64,000 nt of DNA, taken from sequence record DRR723986_4014; one strand, given 5' to 3'. Below are positions 38,174-48,729 of this stretch, piece after piece. Position numbers and translations under genes: made by a program. The notes under the pieces are model-generated. The model worked only from the letters and a program-made list of their open reading frames with translations. It was not told the origin of the DNA and made no database searches. How positions within the stretch are numbered: position 1 is the first letter of the stretch; each line of letters opens with the position of its first letter.

Positions 38174-39307
38174 GTGACAACTGCACCGAATAACGCGACT
38201 TTGACGGCTGCTGGCTCCAGTGCCGATGCTAATAGCGCACAACCGCTAGCATTGCCCCACCTATCGATTGGGAACGTCGACATCGGCTTTCCTATCGTTC
38301 AGGCGGCGTTGAGCGGTTACAGCGACTGGCCAATGAGGAAGCTTGCGCGAGAGTACGGCGCCAGCTACACGTTGTGCGAAGTCATGTTGGACCAGTTCTT
38401 GGTCAATTACAAAGATCGCGCCAAAAACCGTCACGTTCTCTACAACACCGAAGATGAGAAACCGGTCGCAGGTCAGCTCATGGGGGCTGAACCAGAGCAG
38501 TTCTCTCAAGGGGCGGCCCGTCTGGCTGCCGCGGGTTTCTCCGTGATCGACATCAATTTTGGCTGTCCGGTCAAGAAAGTGCTTGGTCGATGTCGCGGTG
38601 GATTCCACCTGAGCCAGCCCGAAGTAGCCCTTGAGATCATTCGTCGGACGCGCGACGCTGTGCCATCTGAAATACCTGTGACCGTCAAGATGCGGCGCGG
38701 AATCGATGATACACCCGAAAGCCGAGACAACTTCTTCGAGATCTTGGAGGGCGGCTTTGCAAGCGGCCTGGCCGCGGCCACCGTGCATGGCCGAACAGTA
38801 GAGCAACGTTACAACGGACCGAGTCGGTGGGAGTTCCTTTCCGAGGTGAAGCAGCAGTTTGCCGGCCGAGTGATTCTCGGAAGCGGCGATTTGTTTACCG
38901 CGCAAGATTGCCTCGACATGATGGCTCAGACGGGCGTGGACGGCGTCACCGTAGCTCGAGGAGCGATCGGCAATCCATGGATTTTCAGTCAAGCGAGAGC
39001 GCTTGCTGCTGGAAAACCACTGCCGCCACCGCCTAGTGTCTTGGAACAACGACGTGCACTGATGCGTCATTTCGAGCTTGCATCGCAGGTCTACGGTGAC
39101 AGGCGTGCGGCGCAACTGCTTCGAAAGTTCGGCATCAAGTACGCGTCGAGCCATCCGCGATTTGAAGAGGTCCGGCCCGGGTTTACGCGAGCCAAGAACC
39201 TGGAAGACTGGATGAACGTCCTTGATACTTGGTACGTCGAAGATGCCCCCGGAGTCTTCCCGCCACTTGAGATGCATCGTGTTCAAGGCAGCGGATGCAA
39301 TAGCTGA
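38174..39307 (+). CDS. dusB: tRNA-dihydrouridine synthase (DusB-like)
   Basis: IDINFGCPVKKV, PVTVKMR, TVHGRT, ARGAIGNPWIF; true start may be somewhat downstream. Confidence 0.88.
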   Translation: MTTAPNNATLTAAGSSADANSAQPLALPHLSIGNVDIGFPIVQAALSGYSDWPMRKLAREYGASYTLCEVMLDQFLVNYKDRAKNRHVLYNTEDEKPVAGQLMGAEPEQFSQGAARLAAAGFSVIDINFGCPVKKVLGRCRGGFHLSQPEVALEIIRRTRDAVPSEIPVTVKMRRGIDDTPESRDNFFEILEGGFASGLAAATVHGRTVEQRYNGPSRWEFLSEVKQQFAGRVILGSGDLFTAQDCLDMMAQTGVDGVTVARGAIGNPWIFSQARALAAGKPLPPPPSVLEQRRALMRHFELASQVYGDRRAAQLLRKFGIKYASSHPRFEEVRPGFTRAKNLEDWMNVLDTWYVEDAPGVFPPLEMHRVQGSGCNS

Positions 39308-39418
39308 TCAAGTGCTTTCGCCGAACCTGGCAGTGTGGCTACCTTCGCACTAAGCCAGCCACATCGAACAAGACATACTCAAACACACTTATCCCCCTCA
39401 ACCGATAGTAGAAGAGCG

Positions 39419-42253
39419 ATGCCACGTTACAACCCGGCGGAAATTGAACCCAAATGGCAAGCATACTGGGACGAGCACAAGACGTTTCGCACGCCTGAAC
39501 TACCGGCGGAAGAAAAGATGTACGTGCTTGATATGTTCCCCTACCCCAGTGGTTCGGGACTGCACGTAGGGCATCCTGAGGGTTACACGGCCACTGATAT
39601 CGTCTGCCGCTACGGCAGAATGCAGGGCAAAACGGTTCTGCACCCGATGGGCTTCGATGCGTTTGGCTTGCCCGCAGAAGAGCATGCGATCAAAACAAAC
39701 ACGCCTCCTCGCGTTTCGACTGAGAAGAACATCGCTGAGTTTACTCGGCAGCTCAAGATGCTCGGCTTCAGCTACGATTGGGACCGAGTCATCGCCACCA
39801 CCGATGTCGACTACTTCAAATGGACGCAGTGGATCTTTCTGGTGCTATTTGACACCTGGTTCGACCCGGAAACCCAGAAAGGTCGCGCGATCGCGGAATT
39901 GCCCATTCCCGAGTCCGTCGCCGCAGAGGGTGATGAAGCAATCGCGAAATACCGCGATTCCAAGCGTCTGGCTTATCAAGGCGACGCGTTGGTGAATTGG
40001 TGTCCCAACTTGGGAACTGTCCTCGCCAACGAAGAAGTCATCGATGGTCGAAGTGAGCGCGGCGATCATCCGGTGCAGCGCATTCCACTTCGACAATGGA
40101 TGCTCAGAATCACCGCCTACGCGGAACGATTGATCGATGACTTGGACGATCTCGATTGGTCACCCGGAATTAAGAAATTGCAGAGCGAGTGGATCGGAAA
40201 AAGCACCGGCGCAGAAGTCGACTTTTTCTTGGGCAGCGAAGCACAATTTGAAGAATGGAAATCGGCGCGCGAAAAGAGCGGTGCCCCTGAGGAACCAGGC
40301 GACGATTGCTTGCGAGTCTACACGACTCGACCCGACACGCTGTTTGGCGCAACCTACATGGTTGTTGCCCCAGAGCATCGACTTGTGGAGCACCTGACGA
40401 CGGATGAGCAAAAGGCCGCCGTCGAACAGTACGTTACGGCTGCATCGTTCAAGAGCGATCGCGAACGCACCGAGAACGAGAGCCGCAAGAAGACCGGCGT
40501 CTTCACCGGCTCGTATGCCATCAATCCGGTCAATGGGAAACCCGTCCCGATCTGGATCGCGGACTACGTACTCGCGAGCTACGGCACCGGTGCCATCATG
40601 GCTGTTCCGGCCCACGATGAACGCGACCACGAATTTGCAACTCAGTTTGACCTGCCAATCATTGCCGTGGTTGACCCTGGTGAAAAGGCTAAGAATCGTG
40701 ACGCTGTACTGTCGGCAAAGGAGTGTTTCGCTGGGACCGGAATAGCGGTGAATTCCGGTGATTTTGACGGCACGAAGACGTCCGAGCTCAAGAAGAAGAT
40801 CACGTATCAGCTATCAACTGGCGGACTTGGCCACAAGGCAGTCAACTACAAGCTGCGTGATTGGCTGTTCAGCCGCCAGCGTTTCTGGGGCGAACCGTTT
40901 CCAATTCTGCACGAGGTCGACGCGGACAACAAGCCAACCGGCGCAATACGCGCTGTGGATGTTGCCGACTTGCCAGTCAACTTGCCGCACCTAGAAGACT
41001 ACAAACCGCATGGCAAACCTGAGCCGCCGTTGGGCAAGTCGCCTGACGAGTGGTTGTACGTTGAAATCGACGGCAAACGCTACCGCCGCGAAACCAACAC
41101 GATGCCTCAGTGGGCCGGTTCTTGCTGGTACTATCTGCGATTCATTGATCCGAAAAATGGAGACGCGTTCTGCGACGCCGAGAAAGAGAAAGCCTGGATG
41201 CCGGTCGACCTTTACGTCGGTGGTGCGGAGCACGCAGTATTACACTTGCTGTACGCGAGATTCTGGCACAAGGTATTGTTCGACCGCGGGTATGTCTCCA
41301 CGCGCGAACCGTTCCAACGATTGGTCAACCAGGGAATGATCCTGGGCGAAGTCGAGTACTCGGGATTCAAATGTGATGGCCAGTGGGTTTCGGCTTCCGA
41401 AGTGAAGAAGGACGCGGATGGCAATTGGGTGCATACCGCTGGTGGCAAGCAAGTCACCAGCGAAGTCTTGCAGGAGACCGAAGTCACCAAGAAGGGCGAT
41501 GGGTTTGTGCTTCAAGCAGATTCGGCGGTCAAGGTCGATAGTCGTGCCCATAAGATGTCCAAGAGCCGCGGGAACGTCGTCAACCCAGACGACATTGTTC
41601 GCGAATACGGTGCCGACTCTCTCCGGTTGTACGAAATGTTTATGGGGCCGCTAGAAGCGACCAAACCCTGGAGTATGTCTGGCGTCAGCGGCGTTCGCAA
41701 CTTCCTGGATCGAGTCTGGCGTTTAATCGTCGATTATCAGGCCGACGACGTGTGTTTGGTTGACGCAATACAGGACGTCGAGCCAACTGAGGAGCAAAAC
41801 CGCGTTCTCCACAAAACGATAGCGGCCGTAACTGAGGGACTCGACAACATGAGTTTCAATACGGCCATTGCTCGGCTGATGGAGTTCGTGAACTACTTCA
41901 ATAAAGAGAAGGTGCGCCCGAAGTCCGCGATTGAACAATTTGTTCTTCTGCTATCTCCACTCGCTCCGCACTTAGCTGAGGAATTGTGGACTCTGCTTGG
42001 AAATGAAGGCACGCTGGCTTACGTAGCATGGCCCAAGTACGACGAAGCGAAGATCAAGAGCAGCGAGATTGAAATCCCACTGCAGATTAACGGAAAGCTC
42101 CGAACCAAGATCACCGTTCCAGCGGAGTGCACCAAAGATGAACTTCTTGAGCTAGCGCTTGCTGACCCGCGAATGCAAGAGCTGACCGCCGATAAGCAGG
42201 TAGTCAAACAGATTGTCGTACCGGGGAGACTCGTCAACCTGGTCGTCAAATAG
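39419..42253 (+). CDS. leuS: Leucine--tRNA ligase
   Basis: [14 protein letters not shown] (HIGH), YTTRPDT editing domain, [17 protein letters not shown]. Confidence 0.98.
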   Translation: MPRYNPAEIEPKWQAYWDEHKTFRTPELPAEEKMYVLDMFPYPSGSGLHVGHPEGYTATDIVCRYGRMQGKTVLHPMGFDAFGLPAEEHAIKTNTPPRVSTEKNIAEFTRQLKMLGFSYDWDRVIATTDVDYFKWTQWIFLVLFDTWFDPETQKGRAIAELPIPESVAAEGDEAIAKYRDSKRLAYQGDALVNWCPNLGTVLANEEVIDGRSERGDHPVQRIPLRQWMLRITAYAERLIDDLDDLDWSPGIKKLQSEWIGKSTGAEVDFFLGSEAQFEEWKSAREKSGAPEEPGDDCLRVYTTRPDTLFGATYMVVAPEHRLVEHLTTDEQKAAVEQYVTAASFKSDRERTENESRKKTGVFTGSYAINPVNGKPVPIWIADYVLASYGTGAIMAVPAHDERDHEFATQFDLPIIAVVDPGEKAKNRDAVLSAKECFAGTGIAVNSGDFDGTKTSELKKKITYQLSTGGLGHKAVNYKLRDWLFSRQRFWGEPFPILHEVDADNKPTGAIRAVDVADLPVNLPHLEDYKPHGKPEPPLGKSPDEWLYVEIDGKRYRRETNTMPQWAGSCWYYLRFIDPKNGDAFCDAEKEKAWMPVDLYVGGAEHAVLHLLYARFWHKVLFDRGYVSTREPFQRLVNQGMILGEVEYSGFKCDGQWVSASEVKKDADGNWVHTAGGKQVTSEVLQETEVTKKGDGFVLQADSAVKVDSRAHKMSKSRGNVVNPDDIVREYGADSLRLYEMFMGPLEATKPWSMSGVSGVRNFLDRVWRLIVDYQADDVCLVDAIQDVEPTEEQNRVLHKTIAAVTEGLDNMSFNTAIARLMEFVNYFNKEKVRPKSAIEQFVLLLSPLAPHLAEELWTLLGNEGTLAYVAWPKYDEAKIKSSEIEIPLQINGKLRTKITVPAECTKDELLELALADPRMQELTADKQVVKQIVVPGRLVNLVVK

Positions 42254-42360
42254 CATGCAAACGGACGGAAGCAAACCAGCCTGATCGCGGTCCGCTATGG
42301 GCGGTCGCGAAGGGAAGGTGTGCCCATCATAAGCCGATGAAAAGTGAGACCCATCCACCG

Positions 42361-43485
42361 TTAGCTGCCGACGCTGAGTCCGGCTGCCTGCGCGAGTTGT
42401 TTGACCGAACGTTTGAGTGTTCTGCCAATTTCGGTCGAGGCGTGAGTCATTTGGTGCCGCGCGTTCGGTGCTACAACACGAATGCGTTCATGGGGCGTCG
42501 CGGTTGCACCCATCCGAGCTTTGTAGATTTCGTCGCCACGCAAGTAGTCAATTTCGTCGTAGCCTGCCTCCGCCAGAGAGCGGGCGGTGTCTAGGTTCAG
42601 GATCCGCCCGACGCGTTGGTCGTCAAATTCTGGATCACGGCCAGACTGATAGACGTAGACCTGCTTTCCGTCGACCAGTAGGAGCTGGCTTGCCGCGGGA
42701 GCACCGCCGCAGTAAAGCGTTCGGATGAGCCATTTATCCTGTCGACGAAGGCTCTCGGCTGCCCCACGAATGAACTTCTCGAAGCGTCTGCAAGCAAAAC
42801 AGCCTGGTTTGCCACTTTCTGTCCAGTGCGCTTGGTGCAGTTTGATGAGTTCGGCTAGCTGTTCATCTCCAGCCTGTTCACCTCGGTACTCAACAACTCG
42901 CATCCATTCTGACTTGTCCAGGCGATTGAGAAGGTTGCGTGACTGTTTGCGCTGTGTCCGTGACTGCAGTGCCAGCACCGCCTTCCAGTCTGATTGCAGT
43001 GGTAGCTTCCAGCATGATTCGATGCGATTGCTTTGAACGAGCAATCCGATATCCAGGAAGCTCGATACAAGCTGTTGCATTCTAACGTCGGTGGTTGCAA
43101 CGCCATCGAATTCGCAAAAGCCCCATCCGCCACGATTGCAATTGTCGTAGATCCAGTCCGCCGTCGCTTCACAGACTTGGCCAAGGTGCTCTTCGGCACA
43201 CAGAATCGTCTGATAGTCGCTACAAGCCAGGCCGCTTCCGAGGAAATGGAGCGAGGAACCGGCCTTCCAGCTTCCGTGATGATACAGAGGGACGAGCCCT
43301 GCGAGCTGTCCTGACGAAGAAGTCAGCATTAGTAGCTGTAGTCGCGACTGCCGGGTGCGATGCGCTTGCCACCACGGAAGCAACCAATCTGGTGATTGCA
43401 TCGGCGTTCTTGCAAGTTGGCGCCAAGCATCCACGAGCTTCTCAGCCTGCGTGATGCGAGTCAGTACTTTCAATCGCAAGGGCAT
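42361..43485 (-). CDS. GNAT-family acetyltransferase (CelD/BcsL-like)
   Basis: PMQSPDWLLPWW, CSDYQ, YQSGRDP, IDYLRGDEIYK. Confidence 0.8.
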   Translation of the reverse strand: MPLRLKVLTRITQAEKLVDAWRQLARTPMQSPDWLLPWWQAHRTRQSRLQLLMLTSSSGQLAGLVPLYHHGSWKAGSSLHFLGSGLACSDYQTILCAEEHLGQVCEATADWIYDNCNRGGWGFCEFDGVATTDVRMQQLVSSFLDIGLLVQSNRIESCWKLPLQSDWKAVLALQSRTQRKQSRNLLNRLDKSEWMRVVEYRGEQAGDEQLAELIKLHQAHWTESGKPGCFACRRFEKFIRGAAESLRRQDKWLIRTLYCGGAPAASQLLLVDGKQVYVYQSGRDPEFDDQRVGRILNLDTARSLAEAGYDEIDYLRGDEIYKARMGATATPHERIRVVAPNARHQMTHASTEIGRTLKRSVKQLAQAAGLSVGS

Positions 43486-43776
43486 ATTGAACCAGAGAAT
43501 TAACGACCCAGGTTATGTACAGTCCAGATTGCTAACGGCCCCCCAAAGGGCGACGCCGTATACTAGCCACGCCGTGGCGAGTTTTGGAACTGAGCGTCAA
43601 GCCAACCGCCAGTGAATACTAGGTTCAATTAGATGAAGATACGGCCGACCGTGACGCACCGAAGCAGTCCTTTTGGGGTTCGGTGTTGTTAGTGTCGTCA
43701 CAACCGTTACGAACCGATCGTTGAGCGGCTAGTCTGCGTCACAGCCACCCGAGCTACGCGCCAGCGTGGCCAGCAG

Positions 43777-44196
43777 TCAATACTGGCGAAAGTAGTCCTC
43801 AAGCGGCCTTTCTTTCGTCCTTCTCGCCTTCCAGTAGGAGCGTGGTTCCGACGGATCGCCACTACCGCGTTTGGACCTGATGTCTAGTTCGTCGCGACCG
43901 AGCAATCGCAGCACAAGGCCGGTTGGGGTGACAATCAAGAAGTAGATGCAGCCAAGGAGAACGTGCCCCATCACGAAAGAAACCGGAAGGGTGATCAGCC
44001 GCCACAGGTGAATGATTGAAAGCTGTGTAGCGGGCAAGAGGTAGTAGATTGCTAGGATACACAGCGACAACAGAGTCCCGATCCAAGCAATCGTATCACC
44101 CCAAGCTAGCGACGCCGCCGCAACAACGGCTGCGAGCGAGAGGCCAAACCAACGTCGCATGCCCTCGGAAATGTCTTCACTGCCAATAAGCTGCAT
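43777..44196 (-). CDS. SxtJ-family membrane protein
   Basis: RRWFG, YFLIVTPTGLVLRLLGRDEL, SYW...YFRQY C terminus. Confidence 0.8.
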   Translation of the reverse strand: MQLIGSEDISEGMRRWFGLSLAAVVAAASLAWGDTIAWIGTLLSLCILAIYYLLPATQLSIIHLWRLITLPVSFVMGHVLLGCIYFLIVTPTGLVLRLLGRDELDIRSKRGSGDPSEPRSYWKARRTKERPLEDYFRQY

Positions 44197-44264
44197 TGTT
44201 GAGGCCAGAGTTTTGACAGGCGGTACACCATAGCGTTGCGAGAAAGCGGCAACCGATCAAAGGG

Positions 44265-45284
44265 CTACAGCTCATCGAGTCGCGGAAGGGGATCGGCGGG
44301 CAAAACGAAACTTGCACCTTCGACGCTGTGTCCTCGCGAGAAATCGAAAGGAGTCATTTGACGCTTACCTGCAGGCTGTACGAGATCGGTATAGAGTATT
44401 CCTTGGCCACACTGTATCGCCAGCAACGTTTCACCACCGGTCGATTCGACTAGAGCGACGGCCCCCGGGGAGGCGTCAAGCGCAGTACGGTGTTCTCCCG
44501 CAATCTCTGCTTCGGTGAACGCTCGGCGTAACATCATCCTGACCTTTTTTTCGTTGCTCAGATGCAATTCCGCGAAAGTGCTCGGCCAGGGTTGGCACGC
44601 TCTTACAAGCCGCTCAAGATAATTGGCCGGTAGTCGGAAGTCGAGTTGCCCGTCTCGTTTGGCGAATCTGGGGGCCTTGGTTACCTGACTCGAGTCCTGA
44701 ACTTTGCCCAGCAATGTTTCTCCATCCCATGACTCGAGCGAGGCAATTGCGTCAGTCGTGCAAGCGACGCCCAACTCCGCAAGCCGAGGCTCGAGGCTTT
44801 CAGCCGTTTCGCGAGCTTCAATAAGTAGCGATCCGACGGTCAGCGCTGGGCCAGCATCAAGACGCGGAGTCATATGAATGACAGTCACTCCGGCCGATGT
44901 GTCGCCCCGAAGCAGTGCCCACTGCACCGGTGCAGCTCCGCGATGCCTCGGCAGTATACTTCCATGCAAGTTAATGCCACCCAACCGCGCAGCTCCCAGG
45001 GCGTCACGGGATAGGATCTGTCCATAATCGCAAACGAAGAACAAGTCAGCATTCTCAGATGCAACGCGTTCGATAGCGCCCGTGTCGTTAATGCTTGGTG
45101 GCTCAAAGATCGGCATGCCCGCATCGGTCGCCCAATCGTAGACGGGGCGCGGTGGCAGTTTCTTCGGCGGTGGGTCCGCCAAGGGACGAGTCACAACGAG
45201 TGGGACATCATGTCCGTCTTCAAGTAACCTTTTACAAGTCGGTACGGCGAACGGGCCTGTACCCATAACAATAATGCGCATCAC
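44265..45284 (-). CDS. fmt: Methionyl-tRNA formyltransferase
   Basis: MGTGPFAVP, YGQIL, INLHGSILPRHRGAAPVQ, LDAG, QPAGKRQM. Confidence 0.96.
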   Translation of the reverse strand: MMRIIVMGTGPFAVPTCKRLLEDGHDVPLVVTRPLADPPPKKLPPRPVYDWATDAGMPIFEPPSINDTGAIERVASENADLFFVCDYGQILSRDALGAARLGGINLHGSILPRHRGAAPVQWALLRGDTSAGVTVIHMTPRLDAGPALTVGSLLIEARETAESLEPRLAELGVACTTDAIASLESWDGETLLGKVQDSSQVTKAPRFAKRDGQLDFRLPANYLERLVRACQPWPSTFAELHLSNEKKVRMMLRRAFTEAEIAGEHRTALDASPGAVALVESTGGETLLAIQCGQGILYTDLVQPAGKRQMTPFDFSRGHSVEGASFVLPADPLPRLDEL

Positions 45285-45338
45285 GGATCTAGCTTGGTTT
45301 TTCGATTTTAGTGGTCGAACTAGAGAGGCAGGAAATCC

Positions 45339-45989
45339 CTAGTGTCGATGCTCGTGCTTTGCCTCGAAACCAGCATCCTTGAGATATTTTTCCCAAGCGA
45401 CAGCCAGTTTGTGCGAGCCAACTTCGATCTCCATCCATTGCTCACAACGGATTCTCAGGTCGATATGCCCCGCGTGTTTCTCCTGGGCGACCTCGCAACC
45501 GAGGCCTTTGAAGATCGCAATCGTCCCTGATGGACTGGTGTCATGAACATGCATGGTTTGCCAGTCCTGGGCACGATACTGTACGATTTCTGCGTGGGTG
45601 TCGTTCTTGCTGTTCGGATTCTTAGGAGTTTTACCAGCCGGGCGGCCGTAGAGAGTTTCGAAGCCGTTCTTCTTCAGCCAGCTCTCCCACTGTGCAACTT
45701 GCTGTTCGTCTTTTAGCGCAAGCATCTTCCAAACAACTGTACGCCATTTGACGTCGATGTGATTCCCATGAGCGTTCACGCTCACTTCGCACTTCAGCGC
45801 TTTGAGCGTCTTCACCAATTCGTCTGTCGCAGCCTGGTCGTGCGAGTGCTGTGTCTTGTAGTCCTTCATTCGGAATGAAAGGAGGAACTCGTCCTTTTCT
45901 TGGGCTTGAACGACGGTTGTTTGTAGTAACGCGAGCGCCACCATACAACAAGACAATAGACCAAGTACGAAACGCCTTTTGTGGATCAC
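45339..45989 (-). CDS. Secreted protein with two internal His/Cys-containing repeats
   Basis: Signal peptide; LKCEVSVNAHGNHIDV..WESWLKKNGFE is repeated as LGCEVAQEKHAGHIDL..WEKYLKDAGFE. Confidence 0.75.
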   Translation of the reverse strand: MIHKRRFVLGLLSCCMVALALLQTTVVQAQEKDEFLLSFRMKDYKTQHSHDQAATDELVKTLKALKCEVSVNAHGNHIDVKWRTVVWKMLALKDEQQVAQWESWLKKNGFETLYGRPAGKTPKNPNSKNDTHAEIVQYRAQDWQTMHVHDTSPSGTIAIFKGLGCEVAQEKHAGHIDLRIRCEQWMEIEVGSHKLAVAWEKYLKDAGFEAKHEHRH

Positions 45990-46333
45990 AGTATTCCCTT
46001 CAATTGTTTTCGCGCCTGAGAACTAGTGCGTTTGCGATAGCTACTAGAACCCAGGGGATTCAAATACGCCAGTGCCTGGTGAAGGATAGCCGTTTTCCCT
46101 TGCTCGGCGAATGGCAATTCCGTTTGGGGAGGGAATTGCGAATCCCCTTCGTTGAGTCGCAAATAAATGAGCGAGCAGCCACTAGCCGATGTGAATGTCG
46201 ATGCGGAAGTCGTTAGAATAGAACGACTAAGGGCAGACTCGCTTCCTCAGTTCTGGTTGGCAGACGGGAATCTGGCCCATGGTGAACAAGGGCATTGGAA
46301 GAATTTGTGATACGAAGACTTCGAAGGACGAAG

Positions 46334-48727
46334 ATGAGGCAATTGCTGCCGACGTTCACCGGCTGGTCGCCCGCATTGATCGTCGCCGGCCTAGCAATGC
46401 AGGCTTTGGTGCAGCCTGCACTGGCCGGGGACCAGCAAGAGGCTTTGCGGCTGGCTGAGACGTTTACGGTGGAGTATTGTCTGGACTGCCATTCTGGAGC
46501 TAGTTCCGAAGGTGGCTTTGATGCAGAAACGCTTGATTTCGACGTCGCGGAGCTGCAGGCTGAAGAGTTCAATCCGGCCGCGTGGGAAAGAATGCTCCGG
46601 CGGCTAAGCACCCGGCAAATGCCACCGGCGTCCGCAGAACGGCCAGATGAGGCCGAGTATAAACAGGTGGTGGCGGCACTAACACAACTTCTGGACCGGC
46701 GGGCCACCAAGTTCCCTCGGCCCGGCAAAGTGGCCTCGATGCGTCGACTCACGCGCTTGGAATATCAATATTCTGTCCGCGATTTGCTGGGCATTTCGAT
46801 CGACGCCGAAGACTATCTACCCAAAGACGAATCGAGTCACGGCTTCGACAACATTACCGTTGAGGAGCTGTCGCCGACGCACCTGAATCGCTACTTGTCC
46901 GCCGCACAGAGCATTGCGCGAGCTGCCGTGGGCGGAGAGGGCAATGGGCCAGTCGGAGTCACGATTCGAGAACCCGCGGATCGATCCCAAGAGACTCACG
47001 TGCCCGGTTTGCCATTCGGTACTCGAGGTGGATTGGTGTTTGATCACCACTTTCATCGCACCGGTGAATACGAAATAGAGCTGAAGTTGACCCGAGACCG
47101 CGACGAGAAGATCGAGGGCTTGGATCGAAAGCATGATATCGACATTCTCGTCGATCGTCATCGAGTGCACCGCTTTGAAGTCAAGCCACTTAAGGGCAAG
47201 GGCGACTGGGGCGGCAATGACTACACGAACGCTGACGCGCACCTGAGGACCCGCATTCGCGTCGAAGCAGGCACACGCAGCGTTGGCGTGACGTTCCCGA
47301 AAACCTTCTCTTCGCTCACCGAGGGCAAGCGGCAGCCCTTTGATGCCAACTTTAATCGCCACAGACATCCGCGCCGCACTCCGGCAATTTTCCAGGTCTC
47401 TCTAGTCGGCCCATTCGATTCTACGGGCCCTGGTCAAACGAAGAGCCGCCAGTTGATCTTCGGTCCAAGAGATCGTTCTAACGCTACTCGAGATGATGCA
47501 GTAGAGATCGTCAGTCGCCTCGCCTCACGGGCCTATCGCCGCGATGTCGATAACAGTGACGTCGATGCTCTGATGCATTTCTTTGATGAAGGAGATCGCG
47601 AGGGCGGTTTTGAAAAAGGGATTGAGTCAGCCGTAACGGCAGTCTTGGTCAACCCGAATTTCCTATTCCGCATCGAGCCTACATCTAGCGACAAGAACAG
47701 CTCGTCTGTTCGCCCGGTCGAAGATCAATTGCTCGCAAGTCGCTTGTCGTATTTCCTGTGGAGTAGCTTGCCGGATGCTTCACTCATGAAAGCCGCTCGC
47801 GAAGGCCGCCTTCAGCAGGATGAGACGCTGGTTGCCGAGGTAAAACGGATGCTAGCTGATAGCCGCTCGCAAGCGCTGGTCGACAACTTCGCCGCACAGT
47901 GGCTTTACCTGCGCAATTTGCAGTCAATTACACCGGACCTTCGCCTCTTCCCCGATTTCGACGACAATCTGAGGCAGTCGTTCGCTGGCGAAACCAAGAA
48001 CCTGTTTTCCGACTTGCTTCGTCAAGACCGAAGTATCATCGACCTAATCTCCACCGATGAGACTTTTCTCGACGAGCGCCTCGCCCGACATTACGGAATA
48101 CAAGGCGTGCGTGGAAGTCATTTTCGCCGCGTGAAGGTTCCGCCTGAGTCCCATCGAGGCGGCTTGTTACGACACGGCAGCATTCTCATGGTAACGTCCT
48201 ACGCTACTCGGACTTCTCCCACGATTCGAGGCAATTGGATTCTGGAGAACATCTTTGGTACGCCCGCTCCACCTCCACCGCCGAACGTGCCAAATCTGAA
48301 GGAAAACACTCCCCTGAAAACAACTTCACTGCGTGAGCGGTTGGCTGCCCACCGTTCAAATCCCGCCTGCGCAAGCTGCCATGATTTGATGGATCCGGTC
48401 GGCTTTGCATTGGAGAATTTTGATGCGGTCGGTCGATGGCGCGAATTTGAGGGAGTGCTGGACATTGATTCCCGCGGAAGCCTGCCCGATGGTCGAGAAT
48501 TGCTGTCGGTCGAAGACCTTGAGGCGGGTATCATAGAACGGCCAGACATATTTGCCACGACGCTGACTGAAAAGCTCATGACATACGCACTGGGACGAGC
48601 ACTAACGCCCGAAGATGGCCCTGCCGTTCGACGTGTCGTTCACTTCGCCCGAGGTGATGATTACAAATTTTCCGCGATCATCCAGGGAATTGCCCTAAGT
48701 GATCCGTTTCGCAAGAGGAGCGATTAA
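46334..48727 (+). CDS. Planctomycete cytochrome-c-like protein (PSCyt; DUF1587/1595/1592/1588/1585 architecture)
   Basis: CLDCH and CASCH heme motifs; RRLTRLEY, SRLSYFLWSSLPD, TSPTIRGNW, GFALENFDAVGRWR. Confidence 0.9.
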   Translation: MRQLLPTFTGWSPALIVAGLAMQALVQPALAGDQQEALRLAETFTVEYCLDCHSGASSEGGFDAETLDFDVAELQAEEFNPAAWERMLRRLSTRQMPPASAERPDEAEYKQVVAALTQLLDRRATKFPRPGKVASMRRLTRLEYQYSVRDLLGISIDAEDYLPKDESSHGFDNITVEELSPTHLNRYLSAAQSIARAAVGGEGNGPVGVTIREPADRSQETHVPGLPFGTRGGLVFDHHFHRTGEYEIELKLTRDRDEKIEGLDRKHDIDILVDRHRVHRFEVKPLKGKGDWGGNDYTNADAHLRTRIRVEAGTRSVGVTFPKTFSSLTEGKRQPFDANFNRHRHPRRTPAIFQVSLVGPFDSTGPGQTKSRQLIFGPRDRSNATRDDAVEIVSRLASRAYRRDVDNSDVDALMHFFDEGDREGGFEKGIESAVTAVLVNPNFLFRIEPTSSDKNSSSVRPVEDQLLASRLSYFLWSSLPDASLMKAAREGRLQQDETLVAEVKRMLADSRSQALVDNFAAQWLYLRNLQSITPDLRLFPDFDDNLRQSFAGETKNLFSDLLRQDRSIIDLISTDETFLDERLARHYGIQGVRGSHFRRVKVPPESHRGGLLRHGSILMVTSYATRTSPTIRGNWILENIFGTPAPPPPPNVPNLKENTPLKTTSLRERLAAHRSNPACASCHDLMDPVGFALENFDAVGRWREFEGVLDIDSRGSLPDGRELLSVEDLEAGIIERPDIFATTLTEKLMTYALGRALTPEDGPAVRRVVHFARGDDYKFSAIIQGIALSDPFRKRSD

Positions 48728-48729
48728 CA

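Noticed and set aside
38261-39286. 341-aa minus-strand ORF
   Set aside because: Antisense shadow of dusB
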